From: Gemmatimonadota bacterium | GTDB lineage: Bacteria > Gemmatimonadota > Gemmatimonadetes > JACCXV01 > JAHWKZ01 | NCBI GenBank assembly: GCA_033722155.1 | Contig: JAWVZN010000005.1 | Span: forward strand, 8,770 to 72,769 | Direction: 5' to 3' | Length of the DNA: 64,000 nucleotides | In this document: positions 56,984 to 64,000 of the stretch, in pieces | Numbering within the stretch: position 1 is the stretch's first letter | How the letters are laid out: every line of letters starts with the position of its first letter | Program-made: the position numbers and the translations under genes | The notes under the pieces: generated by a model | Seen by the model: only the letters and a program-made list of their open reading frames with translations | What the model was told of the DNA's origin: nothing | The model's database searches: none

Positions 56984-58947
56984 TCCCCGCTCTCCAGGAC
57001 CAGGTCCCCCCGGCGCCCCACCCGCCACCACCAGCCAGGCGGCACCACGACCGTGGCGTGCTCGCCGAGGACGAGGGCCGGCTCCCCGCTCTCGTAACCG
57101 GCGGGCAGGGCGTCCCACGCCCACGCCCGGGCCTCGATCGACTCCCCGTCCTCCAGACCGATCGACCGGTCCGCGGGGTCTTCCGCCTCCGTCCACTCGT
57201 GATCGGGCAGCGAGGGGGGGGAGGAGAGCCCCAGGGCCGCGATCCGGACGGTGACGATCTCGGTCGGGGAGCCGGGTCGGGCGTAGCCGTAGCGCCGCTC
57301 GTGCCGCTCGTGGAACACCCTCTCGAGATCCCGCCCCTCCCCCAGCGGGAGCGGAACCGTGGTCTCGAACGACTGGCCCCGGTACCGCATCTCGATCGAG
57401 CGCCGCGTCTCACGGTCCTCCGGCTCCACCCCCTCCCGCTCCAGCGCCGCGTCGGCGGACTCCTCCAGCTCGGCGAACACCTCCTCCAGCCGCTCGAGCG
57501 ACCACGAGGAGGCGGGCTCCAGGATGGTCCGGGCGAAGTCGAGGCGGGTGTCGGCGGCCAGGCATCCGAGCGCCGAGAGGACGCCCGCCGCCCGCGGGAC
57601 CAGCACCCTCCGGACCCCGAGACCGTCGGCGAGCTCCGCGGCCTGGAGCCCGCCCGCGCCCCCGAACGCGACGAGCGAGAAGTCGGCCGGGTCGTGTCCG
57701 CGCTCGAGCGTGACACGGCGCACCGCGCGCTCGAGGTGGCTGCGGGCCACCGCGAGGATCGCCGCGGCGGTCTCCTCCAGTCCGGCCCCGAGCCCGTCCG
57801 CCACCCTCCCGACGGCGGCGCGGGCCGCCTCGACGTCGAGGGCGCGCCTCCCGCCGAGGAAGCGCTCCGGATCGAGTCGGCCGAGCACCAGATGGGCGTC
57901 GGTGACGGTCGCCCCCTCCCCTCCCGCCCCGTAGCAGGCCGGACCGGGATCGGCGCCGGCGCTCTCCGGGCCGACCACGAGCGCCCCGGCCCGGTCGACC
58001 CGGGCGATCGAGCCGCCGCCCGCGCCCACCGTCTGGATGTCGACCATCGGCACCCGGAGCGGAACCCCGTCGAGCTCGGTCTCGATCGTGCGCTCCACCT
58101 CGCCGGGGACCACCGCGACGTCGCAGGAGGTCCCCCCCATGTCGAGGGTGACGATCTCCTCGAGGCCGGCCGCCCGGGCGACCAGCCGGGCGCCGATCAC
58201 GCCCGCCGCCGGCCCCGAGAGGATGGTCCCGAGCGGCCGCTCGGACACCTGCGCGGCCGTGGCGAGTCCCCCGTTCGACATCATGATCCGGAGGTCGTCG
58301 GCGGGCAGCTCCTCCTCGAGCCGTTCCACGTAGCCGCGCACGATCGGCGCGAGGCCGGCGGCGACGAGCGCGGTCGTCCACCGCTCGTGCTCGCGGGGCT
58401 CGGGGGTGACCCGGTGGCTGGCGATCACGGGGAGGCCCCGGGCCTCGAGCGCTGCCGCCGCCCTGCGCTCCTGCTCGGGATGCTGGGCGGAGTGGAGCAG
58501 GCCGAGGACGAGAACCTCCGCCCCGGCCTCACGCAGCCCCGCGGCCGCGGCCAGAAGCTCCTCCTCCTCGAGCCCCTCGATCGCCTCCCCGTCGGCCCCG
58601 ATCCTCGCGGAGATCCCCCGGATCCGGTCGGGCGGAACGATCCGGCGGGGTCCCTCGGGGCGGAGGTGGTACAGATGGCGACGGCGCTGGCGGCCGATGG
58701 ACACCACGTCCTCGAGTCCGGCGACCGTGATCAGGCCGACGGGGGCCGAAGCCTTCTCCAGGAACGCGTTCGTGGCGACGGTCGAGCCGTGGGCGACCCG
58801 GCCCACCGGCTCGGCCGGGTCGAGCGCCTCTACGGCGGCCAGCACCGCCTCGGCCGGTCGGCGGGGCGTGGAGGGCCGCTTGTGGAAGGAGAGGGAGCCG
58901 TCGGGCCGCTCGAGAACCGCGTCGGTGAAGGTTCCACCGGCGTCCAC
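56980..58947 (-). CDS. hyuA: Hydantoinase A / N-methylhydantoinase A family protein (HyuA). GTG start.
   Basis: VDAGGTFTDAV N-terminus (ASKHA fold) with Hydant_A_N and Hydantoinase_A domains; 655 aa. Confidence 0.85.
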   Translation of the reverse strand: MDAGGTFTDAVLERPDGSLSFHKRPSTPRRPAEAVLAAVEALDPAEPVGRVAHGSTVATNAFLEKASAPVGLITVAGLEDVVSIGRQRRRHLYHLRPEGPRRIVPPDRIRGISARIGADGEAIEGLEEEELLAAAAGLREAGAEVLVLGLLHSAQHPEQERRAAAALEARGLPVIASHRVTPEPREHERWTTALVAAGLAPIVRGYVERLEEELPADDLRIMMSNGGLATAAQVSERPLGTILSGPAAGVIGARLVARAAGLEEIVTLDMGGTSCDVAVVPGEVERTIETELDGVPLRVPMVDIQTVGAGGGSIARVDRAGALVVGPESAGADPGPACYGAGGEGATVTDAHLVLGRLDPERFLGGRRALDVEAARAAVGRVADGLGAGLEETAAAILAVARSHLERAVRRVTLERGHDPADFSLVAFGGAGGLQAAELADGLGVRRVLVPRAAGVLSALGCLAADTRLDFARTILEPASSWSLERLEEVFAELEESADAALEREGVEPEDRETRRSIEMRYRGQSFETTVPLPLGEGRDLERVFHERHERRYGYARPGSPTEIVTVRIAALGLSSPPSLPDHEWTEAEDPADRSIGLEDGESIEARAWAWDALPAGYESGEPALVLGEHATVVVPPGWWWRVGRRGDLVLESGE

Positions 58948-58972
58948 CCCCGCGCGCGAGGATCCGCCGGGG

Positions 58973-59218
58973 TCAGACAGGTCGGAGCTCGATCACCGCC
59001 TCGGCGGGCACCTGCTCGCCGACCGGCCGGCCCGGGTCGAGCGCCACCGGACCGGTGTCCGAGAGCCATACGACGCCGAGCGATCTCCCGCCACCGTCCG
59101 GCCCGAGGTACAGGGCGAGGCGCTGCGGGATCTCGCGCACCGGCGTCTCCGGGTCGACCGCGTGGGCGACGGCCCGCTCGCCCTGCGTGAACAGCAGCGA
59201 GAGCGTCGCCTCGCTCAC
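58973..59218 (-). CDS. Hypothetical 81-aa protein upstream of hyuA.
   Basis: An ORF only; no motif recognised; 22-nt spacing to hyuA. Confidence 0.25.
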   Translation of the reverse strand: MSEATLSLLFTQGERAVAHAVDPETPVREIPQRLALYLGPDGGGRSLGVVWLSDTGPVALDPGRPVGEQVPAEAVIELRPV

Positions 59219-59481
59219 CCGCCCGTCTCCTCGTCGGGACCCTCGAACGGCGGCTCCGTCACGCCGGACGGCTCCGTTCCGGCGGGCCCTTCCGTTCCGG
59301 CCCGGTGGACCGCTCGACGGCCGGCGAGCTCGTCCTCGAGCGACTCGAGCTGTCGCGAGCCCATCTCGAAGAACTCGTTGACCCGCTCCAGCAGCAGCCG
59401 CCGGGATGCACGGCCCGAACGCGGAGCGATGAAGACCCCCAGCAGGAAGCCGGCGGCGAACGCCTTGACCTTGCCGATCAT
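59215..59481 (-). CDS. YtxH-like small membrane-associated protein.
   Basis: MIGKVKAFAAGFLLGVFIAPRSGRASRRLL resembles the YtxH N-terminal helix plus its Gly-zipper. Confidence 0.45.
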   Translation of the reverse strand: MIGKVKAFAAGFLLGVFIAPRSGRASRRLLLERVNEFFEMGSRQLESLEDELAGRRAVHRAGTEGPAGTEPSGVTEPPFEGPDEETGG

Positions 59482-59569
59482 GATACCCCCTCGATGAATG
59501 ACGATCGGGTTCCCTCCCGGACGCCCGACAGCGTCCACCCCGTCGAATTTCGGCGCCGAGGCGACCCCG

Positions 59570-60280
59570 TCAACCGGCGCGGCGCCGACGCCCCTCCCTC
59601 TCGCCCCGGCCGACCTTCAGCAGCGCCATCAGGATCATCCCCGCGACGAACCCTCCGATGTGCGCCCACCACGCCACCCCTCCGGCGGTGGCCTGAGTGG
59701 TCCCCAGCGCCGCCGCTCCGCTCAGGAACTGGAGGACGAACCACATGCCGAGCAGCAGCCAGGCGGGAAGCTCCACGAGATGGATGAAGACGAAGACGGG
59801 GATGCCGGTGAGGACCCGCGCCTTCGGGTAGGTGACCAGGTAGGCGCCCAGGACGCCGGCGATCGCCCCGCTGGCGCCCACGGTGGGCACCGTCGAGGCG
59901 GGGTTCGACCAGACGTGGAGAAGCGTCCCCGCAGCGCCCGCTGCCAGGTAGAGGAGGAGATAGCGGCCGTGACCCACCCGGTCCTCGACGTTGTCCCCGA
60001 AGATCCACAGGTACCACATGTTGAGGATCAGGTGGAGCCATCCCCCGTGGAGGAACATCGAGGCGACGACCGGGATCGCCGCGGCTCCCCACGCCGCGGG
60101 ATCGGCGAGCGAGAGGTCCGCCAGCTGCGCGGGGATCACGCCGTACTCCCGGAAGAGGTCCCGGACCCCGGTTCGGCCGAGCGACAGCTCGTAGACGAAC
60201 GCGGCGACGTTCGCGAGAATGACCAGGTAGGTCACCCAGGGGACGGTGGTGGCGCGGACGCGGTCGCGAAACGGAAACAC
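59570..60280 (-). CDS. Rhomboid family intramembrane serine protease.
   Basis: Catalytic GASGAIAG (GxSG) in TM4 and a His in TM6 (AHIGGFVAG); 6-7 TM segments. Confidence 0.75.
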   Translation of the reverse strand: MFPFRDRVRATTVPWVTYLVILANVAAFVYELSLGRTGVRDLFREYGVIPAQLADLSLADPAAWGAAAIPVVASMFLHGGWLHLILNMWYLWIFGDNVEDRVGHGRYLLLYLAAGAAGTLLHVWSNPASTVPTVGASGAIAGVLGAYLVTYPKARVLTGIPVFVFIHLVELPAWLLLGMWFVLQFLSGAAALGTTQATAGGVAWWAHIGGFVAGMILMALLKVGRGEREGRRRRAG

Positions 60281-60388
60281 GGTTCGTTGTCAGATATCGA
60301 CTGTTCTTCTGGTCGAGAAACCGCTTTCGTGTGGGGACACGAGAAGAAACCGCCGTCCGAGTCTACTCACCCCGAGAGGAAGCGCGCC

Positions 60389-60520
60389 ATGATCTGGACC
60401 ATCATCGTCATCCTGCTGATCCTGTGGTTGCTCGGAGGGTTCGTGCGGCCGGTCGGCGGGCTCATCCACCTGCTCCTCGTCGTCATCCTGATCCTCTTCC
60501 TGATCCAGCTGCTGGGCTAG
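60389..60520 (+). CDS. Small hydrophobic membrane protein (43 aa), similar to the lmo0937/DUF5670 family.
   Basis: MIWTIIVILLILWLLGGFVRPVGGLIHLLLVVILILFLIQLLG with a GAGAGGAAG SD 7 nt upstream. Confidence 0.5.
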   Translation: MIWTIIVILLILWLLGGFVRPVGGLIHLLLVVILILFLIQLLG

Positions 60521-60538
60521 AGGAGCGGACGCCGGACG

Positions 60539-60571
60539 AAAAAAAGCGGGCTGCCGCGATCGGCAGCCCGC
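60539..60571 (-). terminator. Intrinsic terminator after tRNA-Leu; it can also act on the convergent small-protein gene.
   Basis: On the minus strand: GCGGGCTGCCG, a 4-nt loop, CGGCAGCCCGC, then TTTTTTT. Confidence 0.6.
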
Positions 60572-60590
60572 TTCCTGTGCGATCGAATTG

Positions 60591-60677
60591 TGGTGCCCAA
60601 GGGGAGATTCGAACTCCCACGGCCTTTCGGCCACTGCCCCCTCAAGACAGCGTGTCTACCAATTCCACCACTTGGGC
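60591..60677 (-). tRNA. tRNA-Leu (anticodon GAG); 87 nt with a long variable arm and an encoded CCA.
   Basis: Folded by hand: acceptor GCCCAAG/CTTGGGC, anticodon loop UUGAGGG, variable arm TGGCCGAAAGGCCGT, T-loop TTCGAATC. Confidence 0.85.
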
Positions 60678-60686
60678 ATCGGAGCT

Positions 60687-61115
60687 CTACGGCTGGTCGG
60701 GCTCCCCGGCCCCGTCGCCGTCCTGCTGCTGACCGGCTCCCTCGCCGGCCGGCACGCCCTGCTGGCCGCCCTCGAGCATGTCCTGCAGGTCCGCGGGCGC
60801 CTCCCCGCCGGGAACCTCGCCGGCCGGCGCGGTCTGCTGCTCCCGCTGCATCTCGGTCTCGATCAGGCTCCGCGGGGTCGTGCCACGCACCGTCATGAGG
60901 GACAGCACGAAGGCGATCACCAGGAAGGCGCCCCCCAGCCACTTGGTGGCGTTGTGGAGGAAGGTCGCCGTCTGGCGGCTGCCCATCATCTCGATGCCCG
61001 TGCCCGCGCCCCCGAAACCGGCGGCGAGACCTCCGCCCTTCCCCGACTGGAGAAGGACGACGACCATCAGCGCGAAGCAGTCGAGAACCAGTAGTCCGAT
61101 GAGGATTCCGTACAT
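60687..61115 (-). CDS. secG: Preprotein translocase subunit SecG.
   Basis: Two TM helices with a LLQSGKGGGL loop and a Q/G-rich C-terminal tail. Confidence 0.8.
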   Translation of the reverse strand: MYGILIGLLVLDCFALMVVVLLQSGKGGGLAAGFGGAGTGIEMMGSRQTATFLHNATKWLGGAFLVIAFVLSLMTVRGTTPRSLIETEMQREQQTAPAGEVPGGEAPADLQDMLEGGQQGVPAGEGAGQQQDGDGAGEPDQP

Positions 61116-61152
61116 GATCGACGAAGGAATCTAGCTTCGAGCCCGCTCCCGA

Positions 61153-61929
61153 TCAAGAACGTGCGACCGCCGCGATCGAGGCGAAATCGGACGGGTCGAG
61201 GCTCGCCCCGCCGACCAGGGCTCCGTCCACGTCGGGCCGCGAAAGCAGCTCGGCTGCGTTGTGGGGCTTCACGCTGCCCCCGTACAGCACGGGGATCGTC
61301 CGCGCCAGCTCCGGGGTGGCGATCGAGGCGAGGATCTCGCGGATTCCCGCGTGCATCTCCTGGGCGTCGTCGGGCGCCGCGGTCTTCCCGGTCCCGATCG
61401 CCCACACCGGCTCGTAGGCGACGGCGAGCCGGCGGTACTCCTCCCGGCAGAGGCCCTCCGCCGCCCGGGTGAGCTGCTCGACCACGACGGACCGCGCCCG
61501 ACCCGCCTCCCGCTGCTCCAGGCGCTCGCCGACACACAGCGTCGGGGCGAGCCCCTCCTCCAGCGCGGCCCGGAGCTTCCTCGCGCACCGCTCGTCGGTC
61601 TCGCCGAAGTGGTGGCGCCGCTCGCTGTGGCCCACCAGGACGCGGGACGCTCCCGTCGCGGCGACCATCCGCGGGGAGACCTCGCCGGTCCAGGCGCCCT
61701 TGCTCTCCCAGTGGCAGGTCTGGGCCCCCACCGCCACGTCCTCCCGATCCGCGGTCGCCTCGACAACCGCGGACAGCGCCGGGAACGGCGGGAAGAAGAG
61801 GATCTCCACGCCCTCCTCGGGAGCGGGGGCCTCGCGCCGGAAGCCGTCGAAGTAATCGGCGACCTCGTCGACCGTCTTGTGCATCTTCCAGTTCGCCGCG
61901 ATCACGCGGGGTCGGCCCTCCCCGGTCAT
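61153..61929 (-). CDS. tpiA: Triosephosphate isomerase.
   Basis: IAANWKMH, GHSERR, AYEPVWAIGTG and YGGSV motifs. Confidence 0.9.
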   Translation of the reverse strand: MTGEGRPRVIAANWKMHKTVDEVADYFDGFRREAPAPEEGVEILFFPPFPALSAVVEATADREDVAVGAQTCHWESKGAWTGEVSPRMVAATGASRVLVGHSERRHHFGETDERCARKLRAALEEGLAPTLCVGERLEQREAGRARSVVVEQLTRAAEGLCREEYRRLAVAYEPVWAIGTGKTAAPDDAQEMHAGIREILASIATPELARTIPVLYGGSVKPHNAAELLSRPDVDGALVGGASLDPSDFASIAAVARS

Positions 61930-63197
61930 CCCTCCACCTCTCCGCTCGGGCTCGAGGCCGCGCCGGGGGCGGGATCGAGCGACTCGACGCCGGGCAGGGT
62001 CTTTCCGGCGACCAGATCGAGAGCGGCGCCACCCCCCGTGGAGGCGTGGCCGACGGACTCCGCCAGCCCCGCGCGCTCGAGGGCCGCCAGCGAGTCCCCT
62101 CCCCCGGTCACGGTGTAGGCTCCCCGCTCGCTCATCGCGGCCAGCCGCTCGGCGATCGCTCGGGTGGCGGCGTCGAAGGGCGGGGTCTCGAACACCCCCA
62201 GCGGACCGTTCCAGAAGACGGTGCGGGCGTCCCGCAGCGCCCGTTCGAACCGCTCGACCGTGGCCGGGCCGACGTCGAGGATCTTCCACCCGGGGTCGAT
62301 CCCGTCGTCCACGGAGACGGTCCGGGTCTCGGCCCCGACCTCGATCTCGCGGGCGATCACGGCGTCCACCGGGAGAACGAGCGCCTCGCCGAAGCGATCG
62401 ATCAGCGCGCGGGCGCGGTCGAGCCGGTCCTCCTCCACGAGCGAGTCCCCCACGTCGATCCCCTTCGCCTCCAGGAAGGTGTTCGCCATCCCGCCGCCCA
62501 GGCACACCCGCTCGGAGCGCTCCGCCAGCTCTTCTACCACCCCGATCTTGTCGGCGATCTTGGCGCCTCCCATGATCGCCACGAACGGCCGCTCGGGATC
62601 GAGCACCCGGCCGAACGCCTCGAGCTCGCGGGCGAGCAGCCGACCGGCCACCCGCGGGCGGAGGAACTCCGTCACCCCGACGGTGGAGGCGTGCGCCCGG
62701 TGGCAGGTGCCGAACGCGTCCTGCACGAAGTACTCCCCGTAGCCGGCGAGCCGCTCGGCGAATGCGGGATCGTTCCCCTTCTCCCCGGGGTGGAAGCGGA
62801 GGTTCTCCAGCAGGAACACCTCCCCTCCCCTCGCCTCGCGGACGATCTTCGTCGAGCGCTCGTCGAAGGGCTCGGGCAGGAAGACGATCCTCCGGCCGAG
62901 CAGCTCCTCCACGTGGGCGGCGACCGGCTTCAGCGAGAGCGCCGGATCGGGGGCCCCTGCCGGGCGGCCGAGGTGGGAGGCGAGGACCACGGTGGCCCCG
63001 CGCCCGAGCAGGCCCTCCACGGTGGACAGCGAGGCCCGGATCCGGGCGTCGCTGGCGACGTACCGGTTCTCCGGATCGCCCTCGAGCGGCACGTTGAAGT
63101 CGACCCGAACCAGGGCGCGTCGGCCGTCCGCCTCCTCGGCGGTCAGGTCGTCGAGGGTCCGCCGGGCGGGCCGGACGGATGCGTCTCTCCCGCCCAC
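61926..63197 (-). CDS. pgk: Phosphoglycerate kinase. GTG start; its stop overlaps the tpiA start (ATGA).
   Basis: VRVDFNVP, HLGRP, GGGMANTF and GGGDS motifs. Confidence 0.9.
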   Translation of the reverse strand: MGGRDASVRPARRTLDDLTAEEADGRRALVRVDFNVPLEGDPENRYVASDARIRASLSTVEGLLGRGATVVLASHLGRPAGAPDPALSLKPVAAHVEELLGRRIVFLPEPFDERSTKIVREARGGEVFLLENLRFHPGEKGNDPAFAERLAGYGEYFVQDAFGTCHRAHASTVGVTEFLRPRVAGRLLARELEAFGRVLDPERPFVAIMGGAKIADKIGVVEELAERSERVCLGGGMANTFLEAKGIDVGDSLVEEDRLDRARALIDRFGEALVLPVDAVIAREIEVGAETRTVSVDDGIDPGWKILDVGPATVERFERALRDARTVFWNGPLGVFETPPFDAATRAIAERLAAMSERGAYTVTGGGDSLAALERAGLAESVGHASTGGGAALDLVAGKTLPGVESLDPAPGAASSPSGEVEG

Positions 63198-63201
63198 CGC
63201 C

Positions 63202-64000
63202 TCAGAGCAGCTCGCCCAGGCGCTCGACCAGGTCGAGCAGGCGGCTCGCGAAGCCCATCTCGTTGTCGTACCACGCCAGGACCTTCACCAGGGTGCCGTC
63301 GAGGACCGCGGTGGAGAGGGCGTCGATCGTGGCAGACTCGGTGCTCGACATGTAGTCGACGGACACCAGCGGCTCGTCGCTCACGGCGAGGATTCCCGCC
63401 AGCTCGCTCCCGGCCGCCCGGCGGAAGGCGTCGTTCACCTCCTCCGCGTCGGTGGATCGCTCCACCTCCACGACGAGATCCACCACCGAGACGTTCGGCG
63501 TGGGCGTCCGGATCGCCATTCCGTCGATCCTGCCCTCCAGCTGCGGCAGCACCTTCGAGGTCGCCTTGGCGGCTCCGGTGGTGGTGGGGATGAGCGACAC
63601 GGCGGCGGCCCGGGCGCGGCGGAGGTCCTTGTCCGGAGAGTCGACGACGTGCTGGCTGGCGGTGTAGGAGTGGGTTGTCGTCATCAGGCCGTGGACCCAG
63701 CCGAACTCCTCCATCAGCACCTTGGCCACGGGGGTGAGGCAATTCGTGGTGCAGGAGGCGTTGGAGACGACGTCGTGGTCGGGCTCCAGGCTGTCGTGGT
63801 TGACGCCCATCACCACGGTGAGGTCGACCGGGTCCTTGGCCGGGGCGGAGATCACCACCTTCTTCGCTCCCGCCTCGAGGTGCCGGGCGGCCTCGGCCCG
63901 CTTCCGGAAGATTCCGGTCGACTCGATCACGACGTCGACCCCCATCTCGTCCCACGGCAGCCCCGAGGGTTCCTTCTCGGACAGCACCCGGAAGCGGTCC
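63202..64000 (-). CDS. gap: Glyceraldehyde-3-phosphate dehydrogenase, C-terminal part; the gene start lies beyond the window end.
   Basis: ASCTTNCL active site, HSYT, and the C-terminal WYDNEMGF motif. Confidence 0.85.
   Translation of the reverse strand, partial: DRFRVLSEKEPSGLPWDEMGVDVVIESTGIFRKRAEAARHLEAGAKKVVISAPAKDPVDLTVVMGVNHDSLEPDHDVVSNASCTTNCLTPVAKVLMEEFGWVHGLMTTTHSYTASQHVVDSPDKDLRRARAAAVSLIPTTTGAAKATSKVLPQLEGRIDGMAIRTPTPNVSVVDLVVEVERSTDAEEVNDAFRRAAGSELAGILAVSDEPLVSVDYMSSTESATIDALSTAVLDGTLVKVLAWYDNEMGFASRLLDLVERLGELL

Overview
This 64 kb window is about 70% GC and almost saturated with genes, roughly 60 CDS plus 2 tRNAs, mostly on the minus strand. Many neighbouring genes are joined by 4-nt stop/start overlaps (ATGA, GTGA, TTGA), and GTG or TTG starts are frequent. 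The content is largely core chromosome of a diderm bacterium (BamA, Skp, LpxA/C/D/K, LolDE, SecG, gap-pgk-tpiA, thrS, lysS, trpS, prfB, rpsT, infC). No transposase, integrase, CRISPR array or rRNA is visible. Hand-derived coordinates carry about +/-2 nt uncertainty because my per-line counting disagreed with the ORF track by 1 nt in some places.

The items I judge most worth a second look are:

- A GrdB/PrdB-family gene (15016..15834) whose reading frame is interrupted by one in-frame TGA followed 10 nt later by a perfect hairpin. I read this as a selenocysteine codon with a SECIS-like element. An alkyltransferase-like protein (the reactive Cys is replaced by Trp) sits immediately upstream.
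- A near-consensus sigma-54 promoter (TGGTACG-N4-TTGCA, ~53769..53784) with repeated ACGAAA-type sites about 100 nt upstream. It is placed to drive a lipoprotein, TPR protein, archease, RtcB, class II aldolase and DegV gene string from the sigma-54 activator encoded just upstream.
- A single 787-aa ORF (4946..7309) that fuses EgtD (histidine methyltransferase) and EgtB (sulfoxide synthase), the fungal Egt1 arrangement. It is translationally coupled to an enolase-superfamily-like gene.
- prfB (37182..38301) with the classic programmed +1 frameshift site (GGGAGC TAT CTT TGA C).
- infC (partial, 1..252), apparently starting on AUC with a perfect AGGAGG 6 nt upstream and preceded by a structured leader ending in a terminator-like hairpin.
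- A Firmicute-type mcsA-mcsB-clpC module sitting directly upstream of bamA, with no ctsR nearby.
- An ECF sigma, zinc anti-sigma, lipoprotein, ApbE and GGDEF string.
- A bifunctional LpxC-FabZ.
- An aquaporin with an 80-aa Arg/Glu-rich repetitive C-terminal tail.
- A possible 19-39 aa membrane mini-ORF between lpxA and lpxK.
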